A stretch of DNA of 64,000 bases, from the NCBI GenBank assembly GCA_040388415.1, contig JAZKBV010000003.1, forward strand, positions 47,571 to 111,570, read 5' to 3'. This stretch comes from Patescibacteria group bacterium (lineage in GTDB: Bacteria > Patescibacteriota > Minisyncoccia > Phycocordibacterales > PALSA-1337). Positions 1 through 9,236 of this stretch are shown here, one piece after another. The notes under the pieces were generated by a model, which saw only the letters and a list, made by a program, of their open reading frames with translations, searched no databases and was not told where the DNA came from. A program made the position numbers and the translations under genes. Positions within the stretch are counted from its first letter, which is position 1. Every line of letters begins with the position of its first letter.

Positions 1-1
1 C

Positions 2-1717
2 TGGTGGTATGAGAAGGGGGGAAAGCAGGAATTGGTCAAGAACAAAGATCTCTCTGAGCGCGAATGGGAAAGTGAAGATCTCATCAAAGAAAAGCTGCGC
101 ACGCAGGGCGACCAAGGGCATGAAAGCTTCCGCCTCCGCCTCATTCATGGCATCATCAACTTTCATCGTTTCTTACCGCTCTATGAACGATCAGTCAGAC
201 ACTATATCTTGGATAAGAAGCGCCGTCGTTTTATACTGATCAGCGTTGTCGTGCTCTTTGTCGCTTCAGTCGCGCTCATACCACTTGGCTTTGTTAAGAG
301 TGTTTTCTTTCCGATCCAAGATAGCGATTATGTGTATATAGATATACGTACGCCCGTTGGAACTAACCTGACTGAGACGAGCGCTCGCGTCGAAAGCATC
401 GAGCAGAGGTTGCTCGGCTACAAAGATATCTCCAACTTTTCAACAGTCATTGGACATGCGAGTCCCAACTCTGGTTCATTTGGCGCTGGCGCAGGCACGG
501 GATCGAACCTTGCCTCGATATCGATCATATTGAAAGATGCGGGCGTGCGCAGTATGAAATCATATGATTTTGCTGACAAACTGCGCGTTGATCTGGCTTC
601 GACCACTGGTATGGAAGCGAATGTCTCGACTTTGGCCGGTGGCCCACCGGCAGGAGCTGCTTTTGAAGCCCATATCGCTGGCGATGATCTCGATACACTT
701 TCGAAGATCGTGACCGATCTCAAGCCGATACTTTCATCTATTCCTGGCGTAATCAATGTGAGTGCTTCACAAAAAGAATCAGTGCCAGAGTATACCTTTG
801 AGCTTGATCCTGCAGCGATGGAACAAAATAGTCTCAATGCTGCGGTAGTCGGTTCAGTTTTGCGTACGGCAGTTTCCGGCATCGAACTGACCAAGATCAT
901 TCGAGGGGACAAAGAGATCCAGCTCGTCGCCACGTTCGATCAAAACGCTATCCCTGATCTTTCATCGATCCAAAATCTGCAGGTACTCAATACGCGTGGA
1001 CAGCCAGTATTCCTCAAAGACGTTTCGACTATTAGGCTCAAGCCTGCCGTAGACGTCATCACACGTATCGATCAAAAGCGCACCATCATCCTGTCGGCTG
1101 GCACTGATTCATCTACCAATGGTCAGGCAGTTCTCGCTGCCTTTGAAAAGAAGTTTGCTGAGTACACGATGCCCGCAGGATATTCGATCACCTATGGAGG
1201 AGAAAATGAACAGAATGCCGAGTCGGTCACTTCAGTTCTCCGTGCCATGATTATCGCTCTCATATTGATCGTCGCGACGCTCATCATACAGTTCAATTCA
1301 TTCCGCAAAGCTTTGATCGTGCTCGTGCCGATTCCGCTGGCTTTGATCGGCGTATTTCTGGGCATGGCGCTCTTTGATGTTCCTCTTTCATTCCCTGGTC
1401 TCATCGGTATTTTGGCTCTGTTCGGCATCGTCGTCAAAAACGCCATCATCCTCGTGGACAAGATCAATTTGAATATAAAAAGCGGCATCAAGTTCGAAGA
1501 TGCAATCGTTGATGCAGGCAGGTCTCGTCTCGAGGCTATCTTCATAACATCGATCTGTACGATCATCGGTATTTTGCCCGTCACTCTGTCCAATGAGCTT
1601 TGGCGTTCGCTTGGCGGAGCAGTGATCTTCGGTCTCACGCTGTCATCTTTCCTGACTCTCTATATCGTGCCGGCTTTCTTCCTCTTGCTGGTGAAAGATA
1701 AGAAACAGCACTTCTAA
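2..1717 (+). CDS. RND family (AcrB/AcrD/AcrF) efflux permease, C-terminal part; 5' end lies outside the window
   Basis: Frame open from the window edge; AcrB-type motifs 'LIIQFNSFRKALIVLVPIPLALIG', 'GIVVKNAIILVD', 'SRLEAIFITS'. Confidence 0.9.
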   Translation, partial: WWYEKGGKQELVKNKDLSEREWESEDLIKEKLRTQGDQGHESFRLRLIHGIINFHRFLPLYERSVRHYILDKKRRRFILISVVVLFVASVALIPLGFVKSVFFPIQDSDYVYIDIRTPVGTNLTETSARVESIEQRLLGYKDISNFSTVIGHASPNSGSFGAGAGTGSNLASISIILKDAGVRSMKSYDFADKLRVDLASTTGMEANVSTLAGGPPAGAAFEAHIAGDDLDTLSKIVTDLKPILSSIPGVINVSASQKESVPEYTFELDPAAMEQNSLNAAVVGSVLRTAVSGIELTKIIRGDKEIQLVATFDQNAIPDLSSIQNLQVLNTRGQPVFLKDVSTIRLKPAVDVITRIDQKRTIILSAGTDSSTNGQAVLAAFEKKFAEYTMPAGYSITYGGENEQNAESVTSVLRAMIIALILIVATLIIQFNSFRKALIVLVPIPLALIGVFLGMALFDVPLSFPGLIGILALFGIVVKNAIILVDKINLNIKSGIKFEDAIVDAGRSRLEAIFITSICTIIGILPVTLSNELWRSLGGAVIFGLTLSSFLTLYIVPAFFLLLVKDKKQHF

Positions 1718-1736
1718 ACTTTTTGTCTGCGTACCG

Positions 1737-2258
1737 CTACTCCCACTTCGGTTTGATGCCTGTTTTCTTCATATATCTATATTCATGCCAGGTGAGCCAA
1801 ATGACAGTGATGTCCAGTATGGTAAATACGATGAGCCAGATCGATCCGCGATGAAAGTATTCGTACATCTGATATACGCCAAAGAGGGAAAAGACGGCGA
1901 TAGCGAGCGGATATGACCAGAGTCGTTCTCTAAAGAGATTGTAAACAAGGAAGCCTTTGATGATGCCATGGCTCAAGAGATATAGCGCGAAGAAGTGCTG
2001 TGAAGAGATAGAATATGACTGAGCAAAATGAACGAGGTAGTTGGCAAAAGCGTCCGTAGGGTCATCTGATAATTCATCTTGGGTGATCGACAAAACGATT
2101 CGAATGATAAAATCTTGGCTGATAAAAAGCACCACAAAACCGCCAATAATTTCAATTATGGCATGTGATCCTTTGAGTATCAGACCGATATCAAAAAGGC
2201 GGTGTATGTATTTTTCTTTTCGTTGAGGGTCCATAGATAACTCTATACTAACATGCAA
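1737..2258 (-). CDS. DUF2127-like membrane protein (start possibly at MDPQRK)
   Basis: 'LFDIGLILKG...EIIGG', 'YLLSHGIIK', 'WSYP', 'LTWHEY' pattern; several TM helices. Confidence 0.7.
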   Translation of the reverse strand: MHVSIELSMDPQRKEKYIHRLFDIGLILKGSHAIIEIIGGFVVLFISQDFIIRIVLSITQDELSDDPTDAFANYLVHFAQSYSISSQHFFALYLLSHGIIKGFLVYNLFRERLWSYPLAIAVFSLFGVYQMYEYFHRGSIWLIVFTILDITVIWLTWHEYRYMKKTGIKPKWE

Positions 2259-2310
2259 CTCGACTAACTTTTTTGTGCGCGCAAGGTTGCCTTACGCTGT
2301 GATTATTTTG

Positions 2311-2383
2311 TGCGCGCACTAGGATTCGAACCTAGGACCCCACCAGTATCAGTGGTGTGCTCTACCAACTGAGCTATGCGCGC
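2311..2383 (-). tRNA. tRNA-Ile(GAT), CCA not encoded
   Basis: Reverse complement folds as a cloverleaf: acceptor GCGCGCA/TGCGCGC, D-arm TAGCTCAGTTGGTAGAGC, anticodon stem CACCA-CTGATAC-TGGTG, T-loop GTTCGAATC. Confidence 0.95.
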
Positions 2384-2527
2384 GAATTTTGCACTTCAAA
2401 ATTCGGATCGAAAGACTTTTTTTGGGCAAAGCCCGAAAAAAGTTTTCGACCAGAAGCTCTTTGCACTTAGTGAGATGAAGTACGGCTCAAAGATTGGATC
2501 GAGCTGATACCTCAAATCAGTGGGTAT

Positions 2528-2556
2528 ACACTATCAAAATTACCCGTTAAATGCAA
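2528..2556 (-). promoter_or_regulatory. Putative sigma70 promoter of tRNA-Ile
   Basis: TTGCAT-17 nt-TAGTGT on the minus strand, about 140 nt upstream of the tRNA. Confidence 0.45.
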
Positions 2557-2582
2557 AGACTCTCGTGGTATAATCAACCATT

Positions 2583-3572
2583 ATGAATACCAAAACAACC
2601 CCGAAGGATTTTTTCCTTCACCTTGGTGCGACCGTGGCGCTCTATATAGCTACAGGCGCTCTTATCAATCTTTCGTTCAGTGTCATCAACTATTATTTTC
2701 CTGATGCGCTGGCAGGGTACTTCTATGGCAATGCTGTTGCATGGCCAATATCTATCTTGGTCGTGCTCGTTCCTATATTGTATGTGCTCGAGTGGCTCAT
2801 CAATGGGGATATAAAGAAGATGCCTGAAAAGGCTGATCTCATGATTCGCAAATGGAGGATTTATCTCACCTTATTCTTGACCATAGTTCTTATGGGTGGA
2901 GACTTGATTGCTCTCATCAATACATACCTCAACGGAGAGATCACTTCGCGCCTCGTACTCAAAGTTATTCTTGTCCTCTTGGTTGCGGGTTCAGTAGGCA
3001 AGTATTATTACTTTAGTTTGAATACAACTCATCGTTGGTCAAAGCTCGCACGTCAGGTCAATGCATGGTTCGGCCTCGCATTGGTTATCATTGCTATTGT
3101 CGTCGGCTTCATCGCAGTTGGTTCACCTGCAAAACAACGTGCTCTACGCTTTGACGCACAACGCATCAATGATCTGAGCACGGTTCAGTGGAAAGTCGTC
3201 GGTTATTGGCAGCAAAAAGGGAAGCTTCCAACTGCACTCACTGATCTCAATGATACGATCGGAGGATTTACCATGCCTACCGACCCAGAGACAAAGGCTG
3301 TTTATGAGTATTCGATCAGGCCAGCAACAAGCACAAAATCTCTACCAACATTCGCTCTCTGTGCGACATTCGGTGAAAAATCACAAGACCTCGCTGGTAG
3401 AGGTGCTTATGGCGGTGGAAATGTTGGGTATCCAATCGCTTATGATGTTTCGGTATCGTATCCAGGACCAGGAGGAGGCATTTCAGATGTATGGAGCCAT
3501 GAAAAAGGTCGTACTTGTTTTGATCGTACGATCGATCCAGATGTATACCAAGTTATAAAGCCAGTCAAATAA
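2583..3572 (+). CDS. DUF5671-like membrane protein (CPR-type)
   Basis: 'PKDFFLHLG', 'RKWRIYLTLF', 'GSP..QR..RFD..R..DL' and a pilin-like C-terminal part; TATAAT just upstream of the ATG. Confidence 0.65.
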   Translation: MNTKTTPKDFFLHLGATVALYIATGALINLSFSVINYYFPDALAGYFYGNAVAWPISILVVLVPILYVLEWLINGDIKKMPEKADLMIRKWRIYLTLFLTIVLMGGDLIALINTYLNGEITSRLVLKVILVLLVAGSVGKYYYFSLNTTHRWSKLARQVNAWFGLALVIIAIVVGFIAVGSPAKQRALRFDAQRINDLSTVQWKVVGYWQQKGKLPTALTDLNDTIGGFTMPTDPETKAVYEYSIRPATSTKSLPTFALCATFGEKSQDLAGRGAYGGGNVGYPIAYDVSVSYPGPGGGISDVWSHEKGRTCFDRTIDPDVYQVIKPVK

Positions 3573-3697
3573 TAATCTCAGCAAAATAGTATTTGTGAAG
3601 ATGGCTTTGACTTTCAGAGCCATTTTCCGTATGATAGAACCTCATTTAATTTATAAATAACCGCGCCTCAAAGCGCTTAATTAACCCCTTTTATCCT

Positions 3698-5125
3698 ATG
3701 AACCTCGGAAAGAAAACAAAGATCGTATGTACTATCGGCCCTGCTACAGAGACAGTCGAAAAGCTCGAAGCACTCGTCACTGCCGGCATGAACGTTATGC
3801 GCCTCAACTTCTCGCACGGAGATTTTGCTGAGCACCAAGGCCGCGTCGACAACCTTCGCACCGTCATGAAGAAGCTCGACAAGCCTGTCGCTATCCTCCA
3901 AGACCTCGGTGGCCCAAAGATCCGTATCGGCATGTTCAGCGATGAAAAGGGTATTGTGCTCAAGGCTGGCCAGACATTTACTCTCACCACAAACGAATCA
4001 GAAAAGCTCACCGGTGATGAACATCGCGTCTATATCAACTACCCAAAGCTTCCAAGTGAAGTGAAGGTTGGTGGTACGATCATGGTCCATGACGGCAAGA
4101 AACGTCTCCAGATCACCAAGATCAAAGGCAATGACATCATCTGTAAAGTCATCGTCGGTGGTCCTCTCGGCAACAAGAAGGGTGTCAACCTCCCAGACGC
4201 TGAGCTCACTATCCACGCTCTCACTGCAAAGGATCGCAAGGACCTTGAGTTCGGTCTCAAGAACAAGGTTGATTTCTTCGCACTTTCATTTGTCCGCCGT
4301 CCAGAAGATATCCATGAGCTCCGCGCTATCTTGAAGAAGGCAAAGTCAGACGCACGCATCATTGCAAAGATCGAGACTCCTCAGGCTCTCGATTGTCTCG
4401 ACGCTATCGTTGAAGCGGCTGACGGTATCATGGTTGCTCGTGGTGACCTCGCTATCGAGATCCCTGCAGAAGAAGTTCCTATCGCTCAAAAGCGCATGAT
4501 CGATGCCTGTATCGAAGCTGGCAAGCCAGTCATCGTTGCTACACAAATGCTCGAGTCTATGATCAAGAGTCCGATCCCAACACGCGCTGAAGTTTCAGAT
4601 GTCGCCAACGCTATCAAGGATGGCACAGATGCTATCATGCTTTCAGAGGAAACAACTCTCGGTGAGTACCCAGTTGAGGCAGTCCAGATGATGACCAAGA
4701 TCGCTCTCCGCGTCGAGCAAGATGCATGTTCATGTGAATCAATGGTTGATCATGTCGAAGCACACGGTGATACTGATGTCATCTCACAGGCTGCTGTTCG
4801 CATCGCCCATGACAGCAACGCATCATTCATCGTCGCTATGACTCGTTCAGGACGCACTGCGCGCATGATTGCTCGTTACCGCCCTGCAGAGCACACCCTC
4901 GTTATGTCAGATTCTCCAAAGCATTTGAACAAGCTCGCGCTATCATTCGGCTGTCAGCCAATCGAGACTGCTACATTCAAGACAGTAGAGGAGGCTATGG
5001 TCGTCGTTCGTGAAGTGGCTTTCAAGAACAAGCTCGCAAAGAAGGGGGAGAAAGTGGTCATCGTCTGGGGCTTCCCATTCGGCGGATCAAAGGATACCAA
5101 CCTTATCTTGGTTGAGACGCTTTAG
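3698..5125 (+). CDS. pyk: Pyruvate kinase
   Basis: 'KTKIVCTIGPA', 'RLNFSHG', 'IIAKIE', 'MVARGDL', 'ATQMLESM', 'PTRAEVSDVANA'. Confidence 0.97.
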   Translation: MNLGKKTKIVCTIGPATETVEKLEALVTAGMNVMRLNFSHGDFAEHQGRVDNLRTVMKKLDKPVAILQDLGGPKIRIGMFSDEKGIVLKAGQTFTLTTNESEKLTGDEHRVYINYPKLPSEVKVGGTIMVHDGKKRLQITKIKGNDIICKVIVGGPLGNKKGVNLPDAELTIHALTAKDRKDLEFGLKNKVDFFALSFVRRPEDIHELRAILKKAKSDARIIAKIETPQALDCLDAIVEAADGIMVARGDLAIEIPAEEVPIAQKRMIDACIEAGKPVIVATQMLESMIKSPIPTRAEVSDVANAIKDGTDAIMLSEETTLGEYPVEAVQMMTKIALRVEQDACSCESMVDHVEAHGDTDVISQAAVRIAHDSNASFIVAMTRSGRTARMIARYRPAEHTLVMSDSPKHLNKLALSFGCQPIETATFKTVEEAMVVVREVAFKNKLAKKGEKVVIVWGFPFGGSKDTNLILVETL

Positions 5126-5176
5126 TACAGGAAGATAGGAGTAAGGAGAAGGGAGTAAGGAGAATCGCAAAAACAG

Positions 5177-5206
5177 AAGGCGCCGGCGAAAGTCGGTGCT
5201 TTTTAT
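5177..5206 (+). terminator. Intrinsic terminator after pyk
   Basis: GGCGCCGGC-GAAA-GTCGGTGCT followed by TTTT. Confidence 0.75.
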
Positions 5207-5248
5207 TCACAATTGCCAAAACAAAATATTTGGTGCTAAAATATCCCC

Positions 5249-5989
5249 ATGCAGAACAGCCAATACATCATCCGCGACATACCGCTGGTTCTCGACCGGT
5301 CTCCTTTCGATGACGAGTATCCGCTCCTCATCAGGGATCTGCCTCCGGAAGGGAAACCGCGCGAAAAGCTCATGGCACATGGCCCGGAGGCTTTGACGGT
5401 GTCTGAGTTGGCCGCTCTGCTCATCGTGACCGGCACGACCAAAGAAGACGTGCTGGGCATGACCAACCGCATCATCAGAGATTATGGAGAGCGCAATATC
5501 TTTGCTGAGCACGATCCCACTAAGCTTTCGAAGGATCTCGATATACCGATCGTCAAAGCGTGCACCATCGTGGCTGCGGGAGAGCTCGGTCGTCGATTCT
5601 ACGCTCGGAACCAGAGCGGCTTCACGACGATCAGAAATGCTCACGACGTCTTCGACTACCTCGGAGAACTCCGCTCATTGCCGAAAGAACAGATGCGCGG
5701 TCTGTATCTCAATAGTCACAGTCGCATCATTCGCGACGAAGTCATATCTGTCGGTACGGTCGGGTCCAACTTCGCTCATCCACGCGAAGTGTTCCGTCCT
5801 GCTCTAGAATCGTCCGCTGTCGCCGTCATCCTCGCACACAACCATCCATCGGGAGAAGCTACGCCGAGCCCTGAAGACATCGAGATCACCAAACGACTCA
5901 TCCAGGCAGGCAAGCTCATGGGTATACGCCTCATTGATCACGTCATCATCACCAAAGACGGCTTTACGAGCGTCAAAGCCGATTACTAA
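5249..5989 (+). CDS. radC: RadC family (JAB/MPN domain) protein
   Basis: 'KPREKL..HG...L...ELAALL', 'HPREVF', 'ILAHNHPSG...PS.EDI..T', 'IDHVII'. Confidence 0.93.
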   Translation: MQNSQYIIRDIPLVLDRSPFDDEYPLLIRDLPPEGKPREKLMAHGPEALTVSELAALLIVTGTTKEDVLGMTNRIIRDYGERNIFAEHDPTKLSKDLDIPIVKACTIVAAGELGRRFYARNQSGFTTIRNAHDVFDYLGELRSLPKEQMRGLYLNSHSRIIRDEVISVGTVGSNFAHPREVFRPALESSAVAVILAHNHPSGEATPSPEDIEITKRLIQAGKLMGIRLIDHVIITKDGFTSVKADY

Positions 5990-5993
5990 CAAC

Positions 5994-6308
5994 ATGTATA
6001 GAGATTACACCCTTACCTCACCATCGCTTGATGGTATTTTGCGTCACGACAGTATCACGTATGAAGGCCTCGAGCGCCCAGTAGATATTTTACGAGCTTT
6101 TGACAGGCCGAGCGACCAGATTCGCGATTTAGACAGGCCTGAGAACAGAAAAATACTCAATGATTACTATAATGACCTCTACGGACTCTTTATGAGGAAA
6201 ATGGGGCAGTTTATCGCTGAAAAGGCGGTTTCCCCTGAAGAAGAGCTCAAATTACAGGCTATTTTGCAGGAACTCATCAAAGTCAAAAAAGCATTGACTT
6301 TAGAGTAG
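5994..6308 (+). CDS. Hypothetical protein (104 aa)
   Basis: ATG 4 nt after the radC stop; helical, protein-like composition. Confidence 0.6.
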   Translation: MYRDYTLTSPSLDGILRHDSITYEGLERPVDILRAFDRPSDQIRDLDRPENRKILNDYYNDLYGLFMRKMGQFIAEKAVSPEEELKLQAILQELIKVKKALTLE

Positions 6309-6323
6309 TTTATGTGGTATAAT
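6294..6323 (+). promoter_or_regulatory. sigma70 promoter of the orphan cassette
   Basis: TTGACT-18 nt-TATAAT with TG extension. Confidence 0.75.
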
Positions 6324-6390
6324 ACCACCAGCTGAAAGTTCTTTTAAAACGTGAGAACGGACGGCTAGAAAACATCAATCCGGAGCATAC

Positions 6391-7785
6391 ATGCTCCATA
6401 CTGAAAGGCTCGTTGTGAATAAAAAACTAGAAGAAGCAGTCAAGTTCCTTGCGCAATTCAACCAAGTGGTAATGCATAAATCCCCGCACTTGGATGAAAT
6501 CGTGGCATATTATCTCCTCAAGGTATACGGCATGCTCAAGGCGAGTGTTCGCTTTGTTGATGCTGACATTACCGGGACAGAAGCTGATCATGATCGTAAT
6601 TGTGTCCTACCAATCGGTTGTGGTGACAATTGTCGCTTCAATGAGCATCGCAAAGGTATCGAGCGACTCAAGGGTGAATGCGCAACGACTCTCGCTGCAA
6701 AATTCCTTGGGATTAACGAACTACCGGAAGTAAAACGCCTCATCGCTGAAGTCCTTAAGTGCGACACCGAAGCAGGTTGCATGCCGACGCAGTTGGCTGA
6801 GTTGGTCAAGGTTGCCAATCGTTCTATGCCGGGAAATTATCTTGGCGTTCTGACATGGGTGACGACTGCTCTCAAGGCAATCATTCACAATGAGCAATAT
6901 CACTTCACGGCTCTTCCCGGCGAGAAATCTCTGGTGGATCTTTTGAAGGCGATGGATGCTGAAGGTAAATACTTCAGCGAGGATTCACGGATCCGTGAGC
7001 ACCTCTTCCGGATATCGCATGACAGTTTGCGCCGTTCGGACAAATGCATAACGGAACTCGCGTCAATATTGCAGGCCATGCATCGTTTGCCCTACAAGGC
7101 AGAGGATATCAGCACTTGGCTCGAGACTCCGCTCTTGCAGATTACTTCAGACCAGCTCCAGTTTTGGCAGCTGGTTGACCTGTATAAAAAGCAGGAAATC
7201 ATTCCGGTGCGCGCGATGGATAACCGTGGCGAATACGAGCTCAAGCTCATGGTCATCGAAAGCGATGATCTGCAAGCGCCTCGTGCAGCTCGGTTTACTG
7301 GTGCAGATATCGTTCTTTGCCGCACTTCGAAGGGTAACGTGATGATCTCTGTTGACACGCGAATCCCCGACCTCAATCTCTCCAACGTGGTCCGCATGAT
7401 ACGTTGGATGGATTTACCTAAGAAGATCACGAATGAGCCGAGTTGGCTTGACTTAGGTGTTCCTGGTGCGCACGACTTGCATTGTTTGGCGCATTGGTAT
7501 TACTTCAAGAAGGGAGAGCAGATCTTCAACGGAAGCCAGACACATTCTGCTCCGCCGACCAAGATACCTACGGAGGCGCTGGTGGAGGCCATCAAGTATG
7601 GTTTGCATCCGCACTATGTCAAAATGTGGTGCAATGATCGGCGCATCGTCATGAACCCGAAACGCTTGGCTGAGGCGATGCAACACAGAAAGCAATCATC
7701 GGAGAAGCCGGCCGGCGACATGGGATTGAAGATTGATCTTCAGCCGAAAAATCGGGCGGCGACTAATGTCGTTGCTGTAGCGTAA
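6391..7785 (+). CDS. Hypothetical protein, possibly a divergent DHH/MYG1-like phosphoesterase
   Basis: N-terminal 'HKSPHLDEIVAYYLL', 'FNEH', 'CATTL' resemble MYG1/DHH motifs; GGAG SD. Confidence 0.55.
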   Translation: MLHTERLVVNKKLEEAVKFLAQFNQVVMHKSPHLDEIVAYYLLKVYGMLKASVRFVDADITGTEADHDRNCVLPIGCGDNCRFNEHRKGIERLKGECATTLAAKFLGINELPEVKRLIAEVLKCDTEAGCMPTQLAELVKVANRSMPGNYLGVLTWVTTALKAIIHNEQYHFTALPGEKSLVDLLKAMDAEGKYFSEDSRIREHLFRISHDSLRRSDKCITELASILQAMHRLPYKAEDISTWLETPLLQITSDQLQFWQLVDLYKKQEIIPVRAMDNRGEYELKLMVIESDDLQAPRAARFTGADIVLCRTSKGNVMISVDTRIPDLNLSNVVRMIRWMDLPKKITNEPSWLDLGVPGAHDLHCLAHWYYFKKGEQIFNGSQTHSAPPTKIPTEALVEAIKYGLHPHYVKMWCNDRRIVMNPKRLAEAMQHRKQSSEKPAGDMGLKIDLQPKNRAATNVVAVA

Positions 7786-7807
7786 GTTCGTTCCACGTCT
7801 CTCTCAC

Positions 7808-7841
7808 GAGGGCCCTCATTTAATTGGGGGCTCTTTTTTTA
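7808..7841 (+). terminator. Intrinsic terminator
   Basis: GAGGGCCCTCA...TGGGGGCTCT followed by a T-run. Confidence 0.8.
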
Positions 7842-7870
7842 TTCAAAAATCATAGACTATTTGGTGGATT

Positions 7871-9220
7871 ATGCTCTATACTATCTCTATGAATACCCGA
7901 ACCTATTTCCAAGGAAAGCGCATCGCAGTCATAGGTCTGGGTCCGCACGGGGAAATGGTTGATGATGTGAAATTTCTCATAAAAGCAGATGCACTCGTCT
8001 CAGTGTATGATCTCCGTAGCGAAGCACGTCTCAAAAACCATATCATATTTCTTCGCTCAGTCGGCCTGGCGAACTATGTATGCAGCTCTATTCCGCCCGA
8101 TGATTTGCTCGATATGGATCTCATCATCTTGTCGCACGAGTATCCTCGCGATTCGTCCTTTCTCAAAGGCGCTCGTGAAAAGGGTATACAGATCGAATAC
8201 CCCGAAACTCTCTTTTTTCGTCTTGCGCCACCAGTGACAGTTGTCGGCGTCATGGGCGCATATGGCAAAGCCACGGTCGTCTCAGTGCTTGCGCCACTGT
8301 TGGAGATGGCCTGCGAAGCTGATGGCACTCAGGATATGTTCACGCTCGACCCGGAGTCCGGAGACGGTATCCTTATCGCATTGAAAAAGATAAAGAGCGG
8401 AGACATAGCACTCATACGCGTGATCGAATCTATGATGCCGGAACTTTATGAGATGCGCGTCAGCCCGCATGTCGCTATCTTTACGAGCGTTCCGCCGAAG
8501 GGCTCCTACACGACCTCGCCATTTGAGATACTAACCTATCAGACATATAACAATTTTATCATTGCGAGTGATGAGGTCATCGATGCTATCCATCGTTTCA
8601 AATTTCAGCCGAAGGCAAAGATGTTGCGTACGAAATCATCTATCATTCCGGCTTCGTGGTCGCTAGGCATTGAGAATGTAGGTCTTTGGAATCATGATCG
8701 CGATAATGCGGCGCTCGCTCTTCAGGCTGCGCAATTATTCAAGGTTCCTGATGAGGTTTCAGAGTCGCTTATGGAAAAATGGAAGCCGCTCAAAGGCAGG
8801 CTTGAATTCGTCAAAAAGGTAAAGAATATCGAATTTTATAATGATACTGCATCCGTTTCGCCCGGCTCTACGATCGTCGGCGTCCGTTGTTTGAATAAAG
8901 ATCGCAATCTCATTCTCATACTCGGTGGCGTTGATGCTGGCCAGGATTATAGAGAGTTGTATGCCGTATTACCGGTATGTGCTCATACAGTTATTTTGTT
9001 GCCTGGCAGCGGCACAATGAAAGAGCGTAAAACGTTGAATACGATTGATAATGTTACTGTTCTTTCAGCGCCAGATATCCAAGAAGCTGTCAGGCTTGCT
9101 CGTGACAATGCACGCCAAGGCGATCGAGTACTTTTCAGTCCAGGTTTTGCGGCTGGTGGACTTGAATCTTCACGCAAAGAGAGAGGAGAAGCGTTCGTGA
9201 GAGCAGTGAGGACGCTCTAA
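7871..9220 (+). CDS. murD: MurD-like (UDP-MurNAc-L-Ala:D-Glu ligase-like) protein with degenerate motifs
   Basis: 'GKRIAVIGLG', P-loop variant 'GVMGAYGKAT', 'GRLEFV', 'FYND', 'LILGG', 'GDRVLFSPG'; canonical ELSSFQL and DHLDRH not present. Confidence 0.65.
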   Translation: MLYTISMNTRTYFQGKRIAVIGLGPHGEMVDDVKFLIKADALVSVYDLRSEARLKNHIIFLRSVGLANYVCSSIPPDDLLDMDLIILSHEYPRDSSFLKGAREKGIQIEYPETLFFRLAPPVTVVGVMGAYGKATVVSVLAPLLEMACEADGTQDMFTLDPESGDGILIALKKIKSGDIALIRVIESMMPELYEMRVSPHVAIFTSVPPKGSYTTSPFEILTYQTYNNFIIASDEVIDAIHRFKFQPKAKMLRTKSSIIPASWSLGIENVGLWNHDRDNAALALQAAQLFKVPDEVSESLMEKWKPLKGRLEFVKKVKNIEFYNDTASVSPGSTIVGVRCLNKDRNLILILGGVDAGQDYRELYAVLPVCAHTVILLPGSGTMKERKTLNTIDNVTVLSAPDIQEAVRLARDNARQGDRVLFSPGFAAGGLESSRKERGEAFVRAVRTL

Positions 9221-9236
9221 GAAAATCGACTTAATT

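Noticed and set aside
5249-5989. radC as a marker of a mobile element
   Set aside because: It is a full-length chromosomal-type RadC with no mobility genes adjacent.
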